Shown one piece after another: positions 11,901 through 22,804 of a DNA stretch of 64,000 bases. The stretch is taken from assembly GCA_026770705.1 (NCBI GenBank), contig JANJGN010000039.1, forward strand, positions 7,874,001 through 7,938,000. The letters are read 5' to 3'. The notes below the pieces were generated by a model. It was not told the DNA's origin. It saw only the letters and a list, made by a program, of their open reading frames with translations, and made no database searches. A program made the position numbers and the translations under genes. How positions within the stretch are numbered: the stretch's first letter is position 1; each line of letters starts with the position of its first letter. The DNA comes from Isurus oxyrinchus (lineage: Eukaryota).

Positions 11901-14900
11901 TCATATCGTCTCACCATAACTTTCCTGATGAAACGAATCGCCTCACGCTCTCTGCAATGAAATTCATCTGTCTCTTCTGTGCAGAATCCGCTAACACACC
12001 TATGTCCATTTCAAGTTCAAGATTGTCCCCGACGCCGTTCACAACAATTTCAAACTTCATATCATGTGTAAATTTTGGAATCATGCCCAGCACACCAGAT
12101 TCTGGGTCATTAATATATATCAGGAGGAGCAATGGCCCCAGGACTGTTATCTGAGGAACTACAAACCTTCCTCCAATCTGAAAAACAACCATCTATCGCT
12201 CTTGTCTGTTTCCTTTCAATCTGCCAATTTCATAATCAATTACCTACTTTCCTTTTTATTCCATGGCATTGAATTTCGCTCACAGGTCTGTTGTGTGGCA
12301 CTGTATAAAATTACATTTGAAAACACTTATAGACAAATTCAACAACCTTCACCTTATCAAAAGCTTAACATTTAAATGACATTTCCTTTTATTTCAATTA
12401 GAGAAGTTCAGGCCTACTTTTTTATTTACCTTTTGTACCCACCTCGCAACGAACATCCGCAACAACCCCCAGCATGCTAACATGTCCAACGAGCTGATCG
12501 TTTACTTATTCAATTATTTTTCTCAATCGTCAGTCTCAGCTCTAGTTAACATCGTGGAAATGTCGAGAAGGTTATTTCTGAATCTTCAAAATTCAAGGGA
12601 TACCATACAATTTGCTTGATCCCCTGCCTCCCAGAATGCCCCCACCCCACACCCCACCACACCCCACACCCCACACCCCCTCCTCCCCTTTTTATTTCTT
12701 TCTTGCAGCCCAGGCAATGTTACCATTAGCCTACCCTGATTTGTTCCAACTTGTAGGCAAATACATGGCAGGAACATTTCAGGTACACCTGACCCAGGTG
12801 TTTATTTAGCTGAGGCTGACTGATCAGGCACCCGTTCGCATCTTTAGTTTATATTAGGTATGTTGAAAGCCGCCTTGTGAATATCAGTTTATTCTGTTGA
12901 TGCAGAAATATAAAACCAGCGTTTAAGCCAAAAACATTCCTGTATGGTTTCAGCAACAGCAACTGGCAGGGAAGAGAATCCTCGTGAAATCATCGACTCT
13001 CTTCTGGATAAGCTTGATGCCGCCAGTCTCAGCGCCGTCTTGCAACATCTTTTAATAGTGCGGGAGCACGGTGTCCGTAAGCATCTGTTTGCATTCATAT
13101 TCTTCAAATAATTCAGGGTCCACTGTGAGAAACTGGAAATCATCCACGCTTACCCAATTTCAAAGAATTTTTATAGCTTTATTTTTACACACAGAGGGAA
13201 GCGGGGTAGGGGTTGGTGGGGGTGGAGGGGCGTTTATTCAGGAGCCCATTTATGAACCCATGTACATAAGTAACTAAAAACGAATGGACAGCTAGAAAAA
13301 GCTGGGACGTATTAAGGGCAAAGACTGATGAGATTTAGAGGTATTCTTCGGGGGATAAGGGCTCATGTCAAGTGGTGGCGTTTTTGCTGTTCACTGGAGA
13401 GTGTAAATAAAAACACGACAGTTCCATTGCACGAAGGGTGGTTAACAACTCTCTCTAAAAACAATAGGTTTTCAGTGGAGAGTGATTATACAATGCTGCC
13501 GCATGGAGAGATCCGGATATCCTTGTACATGAGACACAAAGCATTCGAATGCAGTTGGAACAGCTACCGGATGGAAAATGAATGTTCACCTTTATTGAAA
13601 ACGGTTGGCTCTGAAGCATAGGGATGCATTGGGACAACAGCGCAGTTTGCAAATGAGCATATTGCAGGCCATATTGATCACATTATGTGAGGAATAATAT
13701 AAATGATTTGGAACCCCTCCATAAGAGGTTCAATATTTTTTTATTCTTTAAATAATTCAGCATTGCTTGATACTCATTGCGGTGTGGAAGAATATGATGA
13801 AACGCTGTGAAATCGTTTCGTAATCTTGATGGGAGTTAAGGGGGTGGATAGTGAGTGAATGTTCCCCTCATGGGGGATTCTAGAAGGAATGGAGCGTCGA
13901 TTGGGATTCAGAAGGCGTCTATAAGTGATTAGGCCCAGGAGCATCTTCCCCTCTAAGATGGTGCTGAATTGTTTCCATTATCCATTCCAGAGAGCTGCAG
14001 AGACCGTCATAACAGCTCTGAAACATAAAAAAGAGCAGGAGACGGTCATTCGGCTCATCAAGCCTGCTCCAACATTCAATGTGATCATGCATGACCAACT
14101 ACCTCAACGCCGTGCCGCCACTCTGTCGCCATACACCTTTGACGTCTTAAGAGATGAGAGATATATCTATCTCCTCCATAAATATGTTCAGTGATTTGGC
14201 CTCCATAAACTCTTGTGGTAGAGAATTCGACACGTTCACCAACATTGGAGTGAAGAGGTCCTAAATGGCCTACACCGGATCTTGAGACTTTGACCCCTTG
14301 ACCTAAATCGCCCCCAGCCAGAAGGTTCATTTTCCGTTCACCCAGTCTGTCCAGCCCTGTCAGAATTCTTTAGGTTTCATTAAGATTCCTTCTCAACTTT
14401 TGAATTCCACTGTGTACAGGCCTAGCCGGCCCAGACTGCCCTCTTATGACAATCCTGTATTGCAAGGAATCATTTCAATGAACCTTCGCTGCAGTCCACC
14501 TATGGTAAGTGTGTGTTTTATTCGGTAAGGAGACTAAAACTGCACACAATACCCGAGGTGTTTTCTCACTGCGGGTCTTTCCAGCTGCAGTAATGCGTCC
14601 TTGCCCCTGTACTCAAGGACATTCATGGCTGGAATTGGCAGAATTTGAAACATTCAGAGGTGTCAAGGGTAATGGTGAACAGACTGGTCATTAGAATTGA
14701 GATTAAAATAATATCAGCCATAAATGGCAGAGCACACCTCAGGGGTTATGCGCCCTGCTCCTGAGGCTATTATTATTATTCTTATTACAATAATTCTTAT
14801 TTTAATTATTATGCTCTTATACATTTGAGCTCATTGATCAAACAGCCAGTGTTGAGATGAGGAGATGCTCTTTCTCAAGCAGCAATTTCTTCTGAGTGAG

Positions 14901-15348
14901 AATTCCTCATGACCAGAATGCTTCTTTTGGATCGGGGGGAGCGGGTTGGGGGTGGTGTGGGGGCACTGGAGGGAGATAGTGAGTGGGTGGACACGCAAAG
15001 GCTGCGATTAATTTAGCTGCTCGACCTGAAAGACAAAACGGACACAGCGCGCAGAATTGGCTCCGTTATACCTGCAACAAACTGTGCGAATTTCATGCTG
15101 CCCTTTGAGCAAAGATTTCTGGAACGTGGAGAGATGAACGTTGTGATTCGATAATAATGAGAACTGAATACTCCACATGTGGAATATTCAATCTGATTTG
15201 GCATTGCACTTCTGGTCTGAATTATTGACCATGGGCAGAGGGTACGCCTGTTTATAGAATTATATTGCAATTATCTGGCAGGTTATTTTTGTTTTAATCA
15301 TGTGCCTTGTTTGGCTCCACAGGCATTTCTGCTCAGCTCAATCCTTGA
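5873..15348 (+). CDS. Uncharacterised ~175-aa protein of four tandem ~40-aa helical repeats; join(5873..5993,7483..7605,8025..8159,12954..13076,15323..15348)
   Basis: All junctions are GT-AG and phase 1, and the joined frame is open. Repeats: MASMTDENPRGKIEDILNMFDTPNLQFVLRHMLTFRDFII / KVSGSLKNSRQRISDLLDRCDDNLLAFFFNQLLVFRNDIQ / IISSGDWDNAKTHRQNLDYLLDQAEEGDLIDFEQIISSYVSIAG / TATGREENPREIIDSLLDKLDAASLSAVLQHLLIVREHGV. The start codon and last exon are less certain than the internal exons. Confidence 0.75.
6200..6885 (+). mobile_element. CR1 LINE 3' fragment (intronic)
   Basis: RT C-terminal remnants (KSLPESVVEAETLISLKMCVD) and a CR1-type 3'UTR. Confidence 0.75.
7483..7605 (+). CDS. Repeat-exon 2 (123 nt, phase 1-1)
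   Basis: tcttatttctAG acceptor and GTGAGT donor at 7606. Aligns without gaps to exons 1 and 4. Confidence 0.85.
8025..8159 (+). CDS. Repeat-exon 3 (135 nt, phase 1-1; divergent repeat)
   Basis: catttcatttacAG acceptor and GTGAGT donor at 8160. KTHRQNLDYLLD aligns with KNSRQRISDLLD, with the same distance to the donor and 4 extra N-terminal residues. Confidence 0.8.
9130..11040 (+). mobile_element. CR1 LINE ORF2 fragment, decayed (intronic)
   Basis: FNEHFLSVFTKE motif, DKVPHERL remnant at about 9983 and a CR1 3'UTR. Many stops. Confidence 0.85.
11150..12370 (-). mobile_element. CR1 LINE RT and 3' fragment (intronic)
   Basis: VPQITVLGPLLLLIYIND (degenerate VPQGSVLGP..F..YIND) and RLRGNFIKVLKILRSL. 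Confidence 0.85.
12954..13076 (+). CDS. Repeat-exon 4 (123 nt, phase 1-1)
   Basis: tgtatggtttcAG acceptor and GTAAGC donor at 13077. ENPREIIDSLLDKLD...VLQHLL.VR is closest to exon 1. Confidence 0.85.
14010..14620 (-). mobile_element. CR1 LINE 3' fragment
   Basis: CR1 3'UTR hallmark (CATTCGGCTCATCAAGCCTGCTCC...TTCAAT) and RT-end remnants. Confidence 0.75.
15323..15348 (+). CDS. Candidate terminal coding exon of the repeat gene ((R)ISAQLNP*)
   Basis: ttgtttggctccacAG acceptor. The phase-1 frame stops at TGA 15346-15348. ATTAAA occurs at 15424 and 15469. Confidence 0.45.
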
Positions 15349-17969
15349 TGTTTTACAGCTGCTGACTAAATATCACACCCTCACAGATCAAGTACAGTCT
15401 AACCCTTCCGCTGAAAAGCACTCATTAAAAATTGTATTTAAAATTGCACCTGTCGTTCCTGGTCCCTGATTAAAACAGCTTTGGAGTCGATACACAGGGA
15501 AAAGGCTGGGTGTAAGATCATGAGGCATTGCAAGAGGCATGAAGAGAATTGTGTATTATTCGAGTCAATCACTTGGGAATAGACCAGTGAATTACTCTTG
15601 CAAGTGTCTTTAGTGAGCTGGTGTCAAGACAATGCGGGTACCTTGAGAACTGAGGATAGGCAGCACAACGAAAAAATCCTCAAAATCACATTGGCATGAG
15701 TTTTGACCACATGCTTCCTGGTGTAATCCCTTCCTGGCTTGTCAGCTTTCTGTTTTTACAAATATTCCAGTGCATTTCATTCTGTCCAACAGTAAAGGTC
15801 ATGCTTATCACCTAGCTCTCTCTGATTGTAAGTGCTTCGGTGCACATCACTCATGTGTCCAAAACCATGATAACGCCCCTGGTATATCAGTTCACTTTGT
15901 TCATTCGCTCCTCAGTACTCTTCACTTTGTGTTTTACTCTGTGAGCACTCCCCTGGTCTGTGTCTGTGGGAGTCCTGTCTCCCTGCTCCCTCTTGCACTG
16001 GGACACAGTTTAATCCATCCCTCTCTGACCAATCATCCTGCCCCTCTCCTCACTGCTACATTGCTGTCGTTTTCAACAACTTTCTGCCACATTTGCTGAA
16101 TTCTGTCTTCTGATCCATTTAACCCATAAATTTATCTTTCTGCTGTGGTTTTCGGTTTCTCACTGAACTCTCCTACAGTGAACACCTGACCTAGGTTGGT
16201 TTTGTAAGACTGTTTTTCACTGCAAGGTGGTTTAATTGGTCAGGTTTAGATGGGTTGTACACGTTGTCTCCGGTAGAGAATGGCTGATCTGTGTTAAATG
16301 AAATGTATGTCATCTTAGTTTAGTGGGTTTTCTTGGAGATTATGCTGTGGCCTTTACCATCCTATTGCAGGGAATGTTTGATCAGAAAGCGTTTATTAGT
16401 TCTTCCCTCTGAACCGAAAGGGCAGATTTGGCTGTGTTTAGAAACCTGAACATCGACAGTTTTGATTGTGCAGCGTTTAGGGAAAAGCACATTCTCCTGT
16501 CACATTTGATTGGGCAGCGTCAATGGATCCTTACACTCTGACGGAGCATTAATCTGAGTCTCTGGAATTTTTAATTATTTATTTATTATCTCGGGGGATC
16601 AGGGCGTCTCTGACAAGTCTAACATTACTTTTCCTCTGAAGTTCAGCACATTGCCAGCCATTCCAAAGGGAAGTTGACATTCAACTACATTACAGTGTCT
16701 ATGCACTCACATATATTAGATCTGATCGCGTGATAGCTTCATGGGACAGTGCTAGGAGACCTCACGGTGCCTGGTAACATTGATTGCCTGACACTTGTGT
16801 GATGTCAATGCTAATTGCGAGCGACCAACCCAAGATTGAAAGTCGTCCACATTATTCCATATGAACACATACTGCGATAGGAGAGGAGGTATGCACCATT
16901 GTGCAGTCATCCAGGAATATTCCCACTTAAGGGTTATGGTGCATGAAGATTATTGATGAGTCAGCTGAAGGTGGTTGGGCCATGGAAACCACTCTGAGGA
17001 TCGCCTGAAGCAGTATCCTGCTACTGAAATGAGCGATCTCATACAACGGCCATCCGTTCTGTTAGGAATCACCCAAATAATACAAAGTTCTTTCCGACCG
17101 CCTCACCATCCGCTCCCACAACCAGCAAATATCCAACCACCTCCCCAACCCTCATCCCCCCGCCTTCCCCAACACCACCTCCCAGACCCCAAACCATTCT
17201 TTTTTCCAATGAATACGAGTTTTGCTCGGGCTCCTTGCTGCCTCATTCGTTCATGTGGCGCTTTGATGTCAATGACACACACTCGCGCATGAGCCCTTCA
17301 TTTCAGCAATTTGCTCCATGTTGGGTCCAAGGCTGCAAACCTTTAATGAGGTCAGTAGCTGATTGGCCCAAGCTGAGTGAGAAAGAGAGCAGATTTTTGC
17401 TGATTAAGTGCCGCTTCATGGCGCTGTCAACCACACCTTCCGTCATTCAATTGAAATTACACGGTAGGATTTAAACAGTTGAAAACCTCCCTTCCCCTCT
17501 GAATTAATATACCAGTGACAGTGCTATTATGCAAAGACGCACTGAATAATTATTTTTTTGTGGAACATCATTGTGCTGTGCTGTGTTGTGTGTTGAAAGG
17601 GCTACTGAATTTTTCATCGCTTTCCCATTTTCACAATGTGCATCATAATAAATAATTTAATTAGAACCTGAATAATTTCATTAATTTTCTATCTCCCCAA
17701 GTTGCCGGGTCCAAAACTCCCTGAGTTAACACCAGGTATGTTTGCTGAGTTCCACAGTGAATCAAGAGTCGCGTCTGATCCTGCCTCCTATGTGCATTCT
17801 TGTGAGGAGCGGTTGTGAAACCATATGTCACAACTCAGAAAAAGACAGCCTTTAAGGAGGAGTGACATTTTTACGAGAGACTGGGAAGAACAGACTCTCC
17901 CCATCATCAAGAACCGTTAAGACCAACTCAATGGAAAAGGTGAATGATTACCGACATATGAAAAGAGGA

Positions 17970-18075
17970 ACAAAAACAGAAAGTGATGGGGAAGCTCAGC
18001 AGGTCCAACAGCATCAGTGGAGAGAGAAACAACAGAGTTAACGTTTCGAGTCCTTATTACTCTTCTTCAGTGCTA
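17970..18075 (-). mobile_element. Penelope-like terminal repeat copy, inverted relative to 19700-19790
   Basis: CTCAGCAGGTCCAACAGCATC...GAGTTAACGTTTCGAGTCC is the reverse complement of GGACTCAAAACATTAACTC...GATGCTGTCAGACCTGCTGAG. Confidence 0.65.
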
Positions 18076-18739
18076 AAGAGAAATATATGTTTTTATTCAT
18101 TTTAATTATCTTTAGCTGTTTAACTGTCCAGTGACAGAAATAGTCTGCTAGAATAGTTCAATAAGCACAGTGTTTTTACCAGCACGTTATTTCACTGTGT
18201 GTGAAAAAGGCCACCTGCCTTACTATCTCAGTACCAAGCTGCCCAGGTCACTGCGTTTTAAGGCACTGTTTTCCCCGATTTATCCATTCCCTCAATCCAC
18301 TTGCGTTAACACTTGACCCACACTGAAATGAATTTCACGTGATTGGTATGCCGCTTGATATTTGCTTTCCATGTGCTTAACATGGCTGGATGTTACACCG
18401 TTTGTCACATGTTATAAAATATCAGCGTTTAAAATAAGGAGCATGTTTCAGTTTCACAGAGTGAGAGCAATGTTCGCTTCAGATCGAAGGCAGCGATGAG
18501 ATCTCTGGACAAAGTTGGGTGATAAAATACACAGGCAAATAGGAGGGAGAGCGTTGGCTGTTTTTCTGTTTAGAGCAATTTTAGCATCGCCAAAGATATG
18601 TTAGAAAATAGGCGAAGGATACAACGCTGTATGATGCTCCTAATAGGCCGCATCTGAAGTACTTGCAGAGTAGTAGTGAACTTACAGCATATGAGGTGGC
18701 CACTCTGCCCATCGGGTCAGTGCCACCAAAAAGCACATT

Positions 18740-19790
18740 TTCCCTTCTCCCCCCCGGTGGAATTCAGGAGGTTTCCTTTCCTCTGGTACACGCTGGCCCA
18801 CGCCTCCATCACCCTCTACACCTCAACCCTCTCACATGGCACCTTGCCATGCAAAAACAGAAGGTGCAACATCTGCCACTTTACTTCCACCCTCCTCAAC
18901 GTCCAAGTGCCCAAACACTCCTTTCATGTCTAGCAGCATTTTACTTGCGCTTCCCTCAATTTAGACTACCTCATTCACTGCTCCCAATGCGGTTTCCTCT
19001 ACACTGCAGACGGACCAAACGCAGACGGACTGTCTGCAAGCATTAGCCAGACCTCCCTGTTGCTTGCCATTTCAACACTCCAACCTGCTCTCAGGCCCAC
19101 ATGTCCGTCCTTGGCCTGCTGCATTGTTCCAGTGAAGCCCAACGCACACTGGGGTACAACACATCATATTCTGGATCGACACTTTACAGCATTCTGGAAT
19201 TAGAATTGAGTTCAACAACATCAGACCATGAAGTGTCTCGTCCAAACTCGCCTTTTCTTTTATTTCCCTCATTCAATATTCATTTTAATATTTTATTTAT
19301 TTCATTCCCATTATTTTTATAATTGCTTTTTAAAATTTGTATTATTTTTTATTTATTGTTTTATCCCCAGTTTTTTTCCTGTTTACGATATTTTTCTTCC
19401 CACCACCGTCTGCTCACTCGATGGTGCCCCCATGAGTGACACCTATCACTTGCTCAGATCTTATTCGAAGACTGCCTACCCTGGTCAGCCTATTATCGTA
19501 TTCTGCTTTCTAACTTAATTGGGCCATTAGCACCTCCTTTAGCCAGTATCACAACGATCCTTTCACCCTTCCTTCATGACAATTTTTGCAATCTCTCCCG
19601 TGCCTCCACCTATGGCTGACCTTCAATCGAGCTGCACCTGTTCCACCCCTCTTAAACAGTATATGTTTCACCACTTTTCTGCTTCCCATGAGACCTGAAC
19701 GAGGGTCATACGGACTCAAAACATTAACTCTATCTTCTTCTCAACAGATGCTGTCAGACCTGCTGAGATTTCCCAGCATTGTTTGTATTT
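18740..19790 (+). mobile_element. Penelope-like retroelement, GIY-YIG endonuclease region plus 3' end, decayed
   Basis: PCKNRRCNICHF...HFTCAS.NL.Y.IHCSQCGFLY Cys cluster and GIY-YIG remnant, followed by a pyrimidine-rich tail. Confidence 0.85.
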
Positions 19791-21328
19791 GTGCCATGGC
19801 TAATTCGTCTTGAAGAGCATTGCATTATTAACATAAACATTAACTGTTTACTCTGTTCCCTGCAACATGTAAATATCTCCTTGTCTAAAAGTCTCCGCCC
19901 ATGCCTCCAGTCCCTAATCAATAACTGTGTTGCCCTTTGTTAAGCACTAAAATATCAAGAGTCGCTGGCCTAACACTTACTGCCATGTGAATAGCGCTTG
20001 TGCCACGATCAACCTAACACTTCAATTTCTCTCATGGCCAATGCATATAGCCATTTGTCAAATCCTCCTAAACAGCCCCGCCGAAAAACTACCATCTGAA
20101 TAGCCCTTGACAAAACCACCACCACCCAGTGACGAGTCGTCCCCCTATTTCTTCGTATGCACAGCCCCCAATCTAAAACTCAGGCAAATGAACACCCCTT
20201 TAATCAATCAGTCCACAAGTGAACAGCCATTGTATAATCGTCCCTTGCATACGTGTGAACAGCGCTGTACATAACCACCGATTTGAACAGCACCCTGCCT
20301 ACAATTCCCTCATGTGGTTGTCCATGTGGGACGGCTTTGTGTTGGGGGCGGGGTGGGGGGGGGGGGTGGTGGGCGAGGTGGGAATGTTAAAGTGGATTTG
20401 TGGCCCCTATGGATTGACAGATGAGGCTCAAGAGATCGAATTAACTGACATTGTCCTTCCTTCTTGTGTTGCTGGTAGTTATATGAAATGCCATCCAAAA
20501 CCACAACGATGCTTACACCCCATTACAATGAGGGTTTCCATCTCCAAATGATTGGCTGAAGAAAGTATGTGACGGCCGAATATTAAATGTGCTTGTTATT
20601 TTATTCAAAAATATTTCCCATGGAAGTGGGTGAGTTGGAGCAATGCGAGACTCAGGGGATCGTATCTGAGGGTGTATGGCTTTGGGATGTTTCTGAACAT
20701 TTTATTTTGAAGTGTTTCTATTGAGGAAGCAGGAAACTTCTCTGCAGAGTTTCCGTTGCAATTCACGTAAGCAGCAATATCAAAACCCAGGTCATATGGT
20801 TGCAATGATATTTTCCACATGGAATAGTGCAGGTTTCTGTGGTACGCCATAGAATGTCGGCGAAGTCAACTATGGAAGGGTCAGTGCCAGAAGAATCCAT
20901 GGGTGGACCCCAGCAGGTTATGTCTTCACTCTGAAAGTTTCAATGACACAGACAAGCATCATACATATGCCCTGGTGCGACATAGCTTCGGCCAGGTACA
21001 AGCACCATTGGTGAACAACTGCTCTTTCCACACTATTTCTCCTGGAGGTTCAGGCCCATTGAGTTTGATAGATTTGTTTTTATCTATATTTTTAACGGTT
21101 CCTTTCCCAACATTGCTTTGTTGGTCAATTATTTCCCACCCTGATCAACGCATTGAATATTTGCTTGTTGTTCGGTAACATGCAGCCCCATCCATTGTTT
21201 GGACAACAGACGTTATTCCAATATTTGACATTTAACATTGAAGTGAGACATTGCATACTGTTAACCTGGGAGGAAAGAGGCTGACGTAACCTGTTTGTGC
21301 AATAACTGAAACTAATATATTTCTTCAG

Positions 21329-21524
21329 GGAACATGAAATTGCTAATGGGGATTTACCTGCTGTATAAGTGAGAGTTGCTCTGATCGGATCAACTCATGT
21401 TTCCAACGGACACACTGTATCTGCTTCAACAGGAATCAGCTCTTCTCACACTGAATAGAATTTGCTTTGCTTCATCAGTTACTGGTCATTTACAAACCTA
21501 TTCTTGAAGTTCTCGTTATTCTAT
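21329..21524 (+). other. Putative non-coding 5'UTR exon of GPCR copy 1
   Basis: Branch-like ACTAAT plus tttcttcAG acceptor, and GTAAGT donor at 21525. Both sites are kept in the paralogue (60040-60231). The next acceptor, gtttcAG|ctca at 22059, is also shared. Confidence 0.5.
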
Positions 21525-22804
21525 GTAAGTTCATTTTTATACTCCCAGACTAAACATGCATTTCTGTGTATCTTTTCATTCATTGGATGTCGGCGAAATG
21601 ATCTAGGGCAGCATTTATTGTCCATCCCTAGTTGGCCTTGAGAATGTTGTTTGAGCTGTTTTTGAACTGCTGCAGGCTGTGCGGTTCAGGTGCAGCCACA
21701 TTGCTGTTTGCTGCTGGGTGCGAGTTTTACAGCTTTAAGCCAGTGTGAAGGAAGGGCGATACATTTCCAAAGCAGGACGATGAATGGTTTGGAGGGGATC
21801 GGAGACTCCAGCTGGTGGCGTTCACATGTCTATATGGCCCAATGATGTCCACATAGGTTTGGAAGGTTATCTGCAAGAACTCATTGCTGCAAAAGTTTGC
21901 AGCTTTTATTTGTTCCCTGCGATCAATTCTCTGCTGCCAGTTTGACTCTGATATTCACCTTTATTGACGGTGGAATCTCCTCAGATCCTTTAGTGATTTC
22001 ATTCTGTTTCTTTGTTTTCTGAAATGTATTTAAAGGAGACGAAAATTTGTATGTTTCAGCTCATCTTCCATTCCATCTTGGTTATCCATCTCGGCAGGAA
22101 ACACATTTTCTCATAAAGATGGGGGAATTGATCCTTCACCAGATAGAAGCCATTTACTATCCTACACTTGCGGCTATCGGTGTTCCTGGTAAGAGACCAT
22201 GCAAGGCAATTAGACATTTAAATTGTTTGTTTGTTGCTTCTAAACGATGTTTCTGATCTCTGAAAAGTGCTAACTTACGTTTGGAGAGTTTGGCGTGTTT
22301 ATTTAATCCTAACATCACCTGATTGCTTAATGCTGATTCATCTTTTACAACATGTTCTCTCGCGGTGATATCTTATTCATTAATTTGGGAATGATTTCAA
22401 TGTATGGGCTCTGCAATAAATATCATAACCAAATTCAATCCAAGTTTGAAATGATAGATGCCACAACCTGTGATATTCAATGAAGAGGAACTTCGCATTT
22501 TGCAACATTCATCTTGACATAATTGAAAGCGCTTGCAACTGATTTTCATCTGCTTTTCACTATTACAAGCAACGGACACCCCATCAAACTACTTAGCTTT
22601 TAATGCAGCGATCTTTAACGGATCAGCGTGCAGTGAAGGTAGCTGGAAATTGGGGTAAAAAACAAAGCTTGATGTGGTTAAAACATTGCGACATCTTACT
22701 TACTTGTATCTCGAAAGACATTTATTTCTTTAGTCTCGTTTCTTTCTTTTGACCACCTTCCTGGCTTTTTTTATTTAGACCACCTTACTGGCTTTAAATG
22801 GAAA

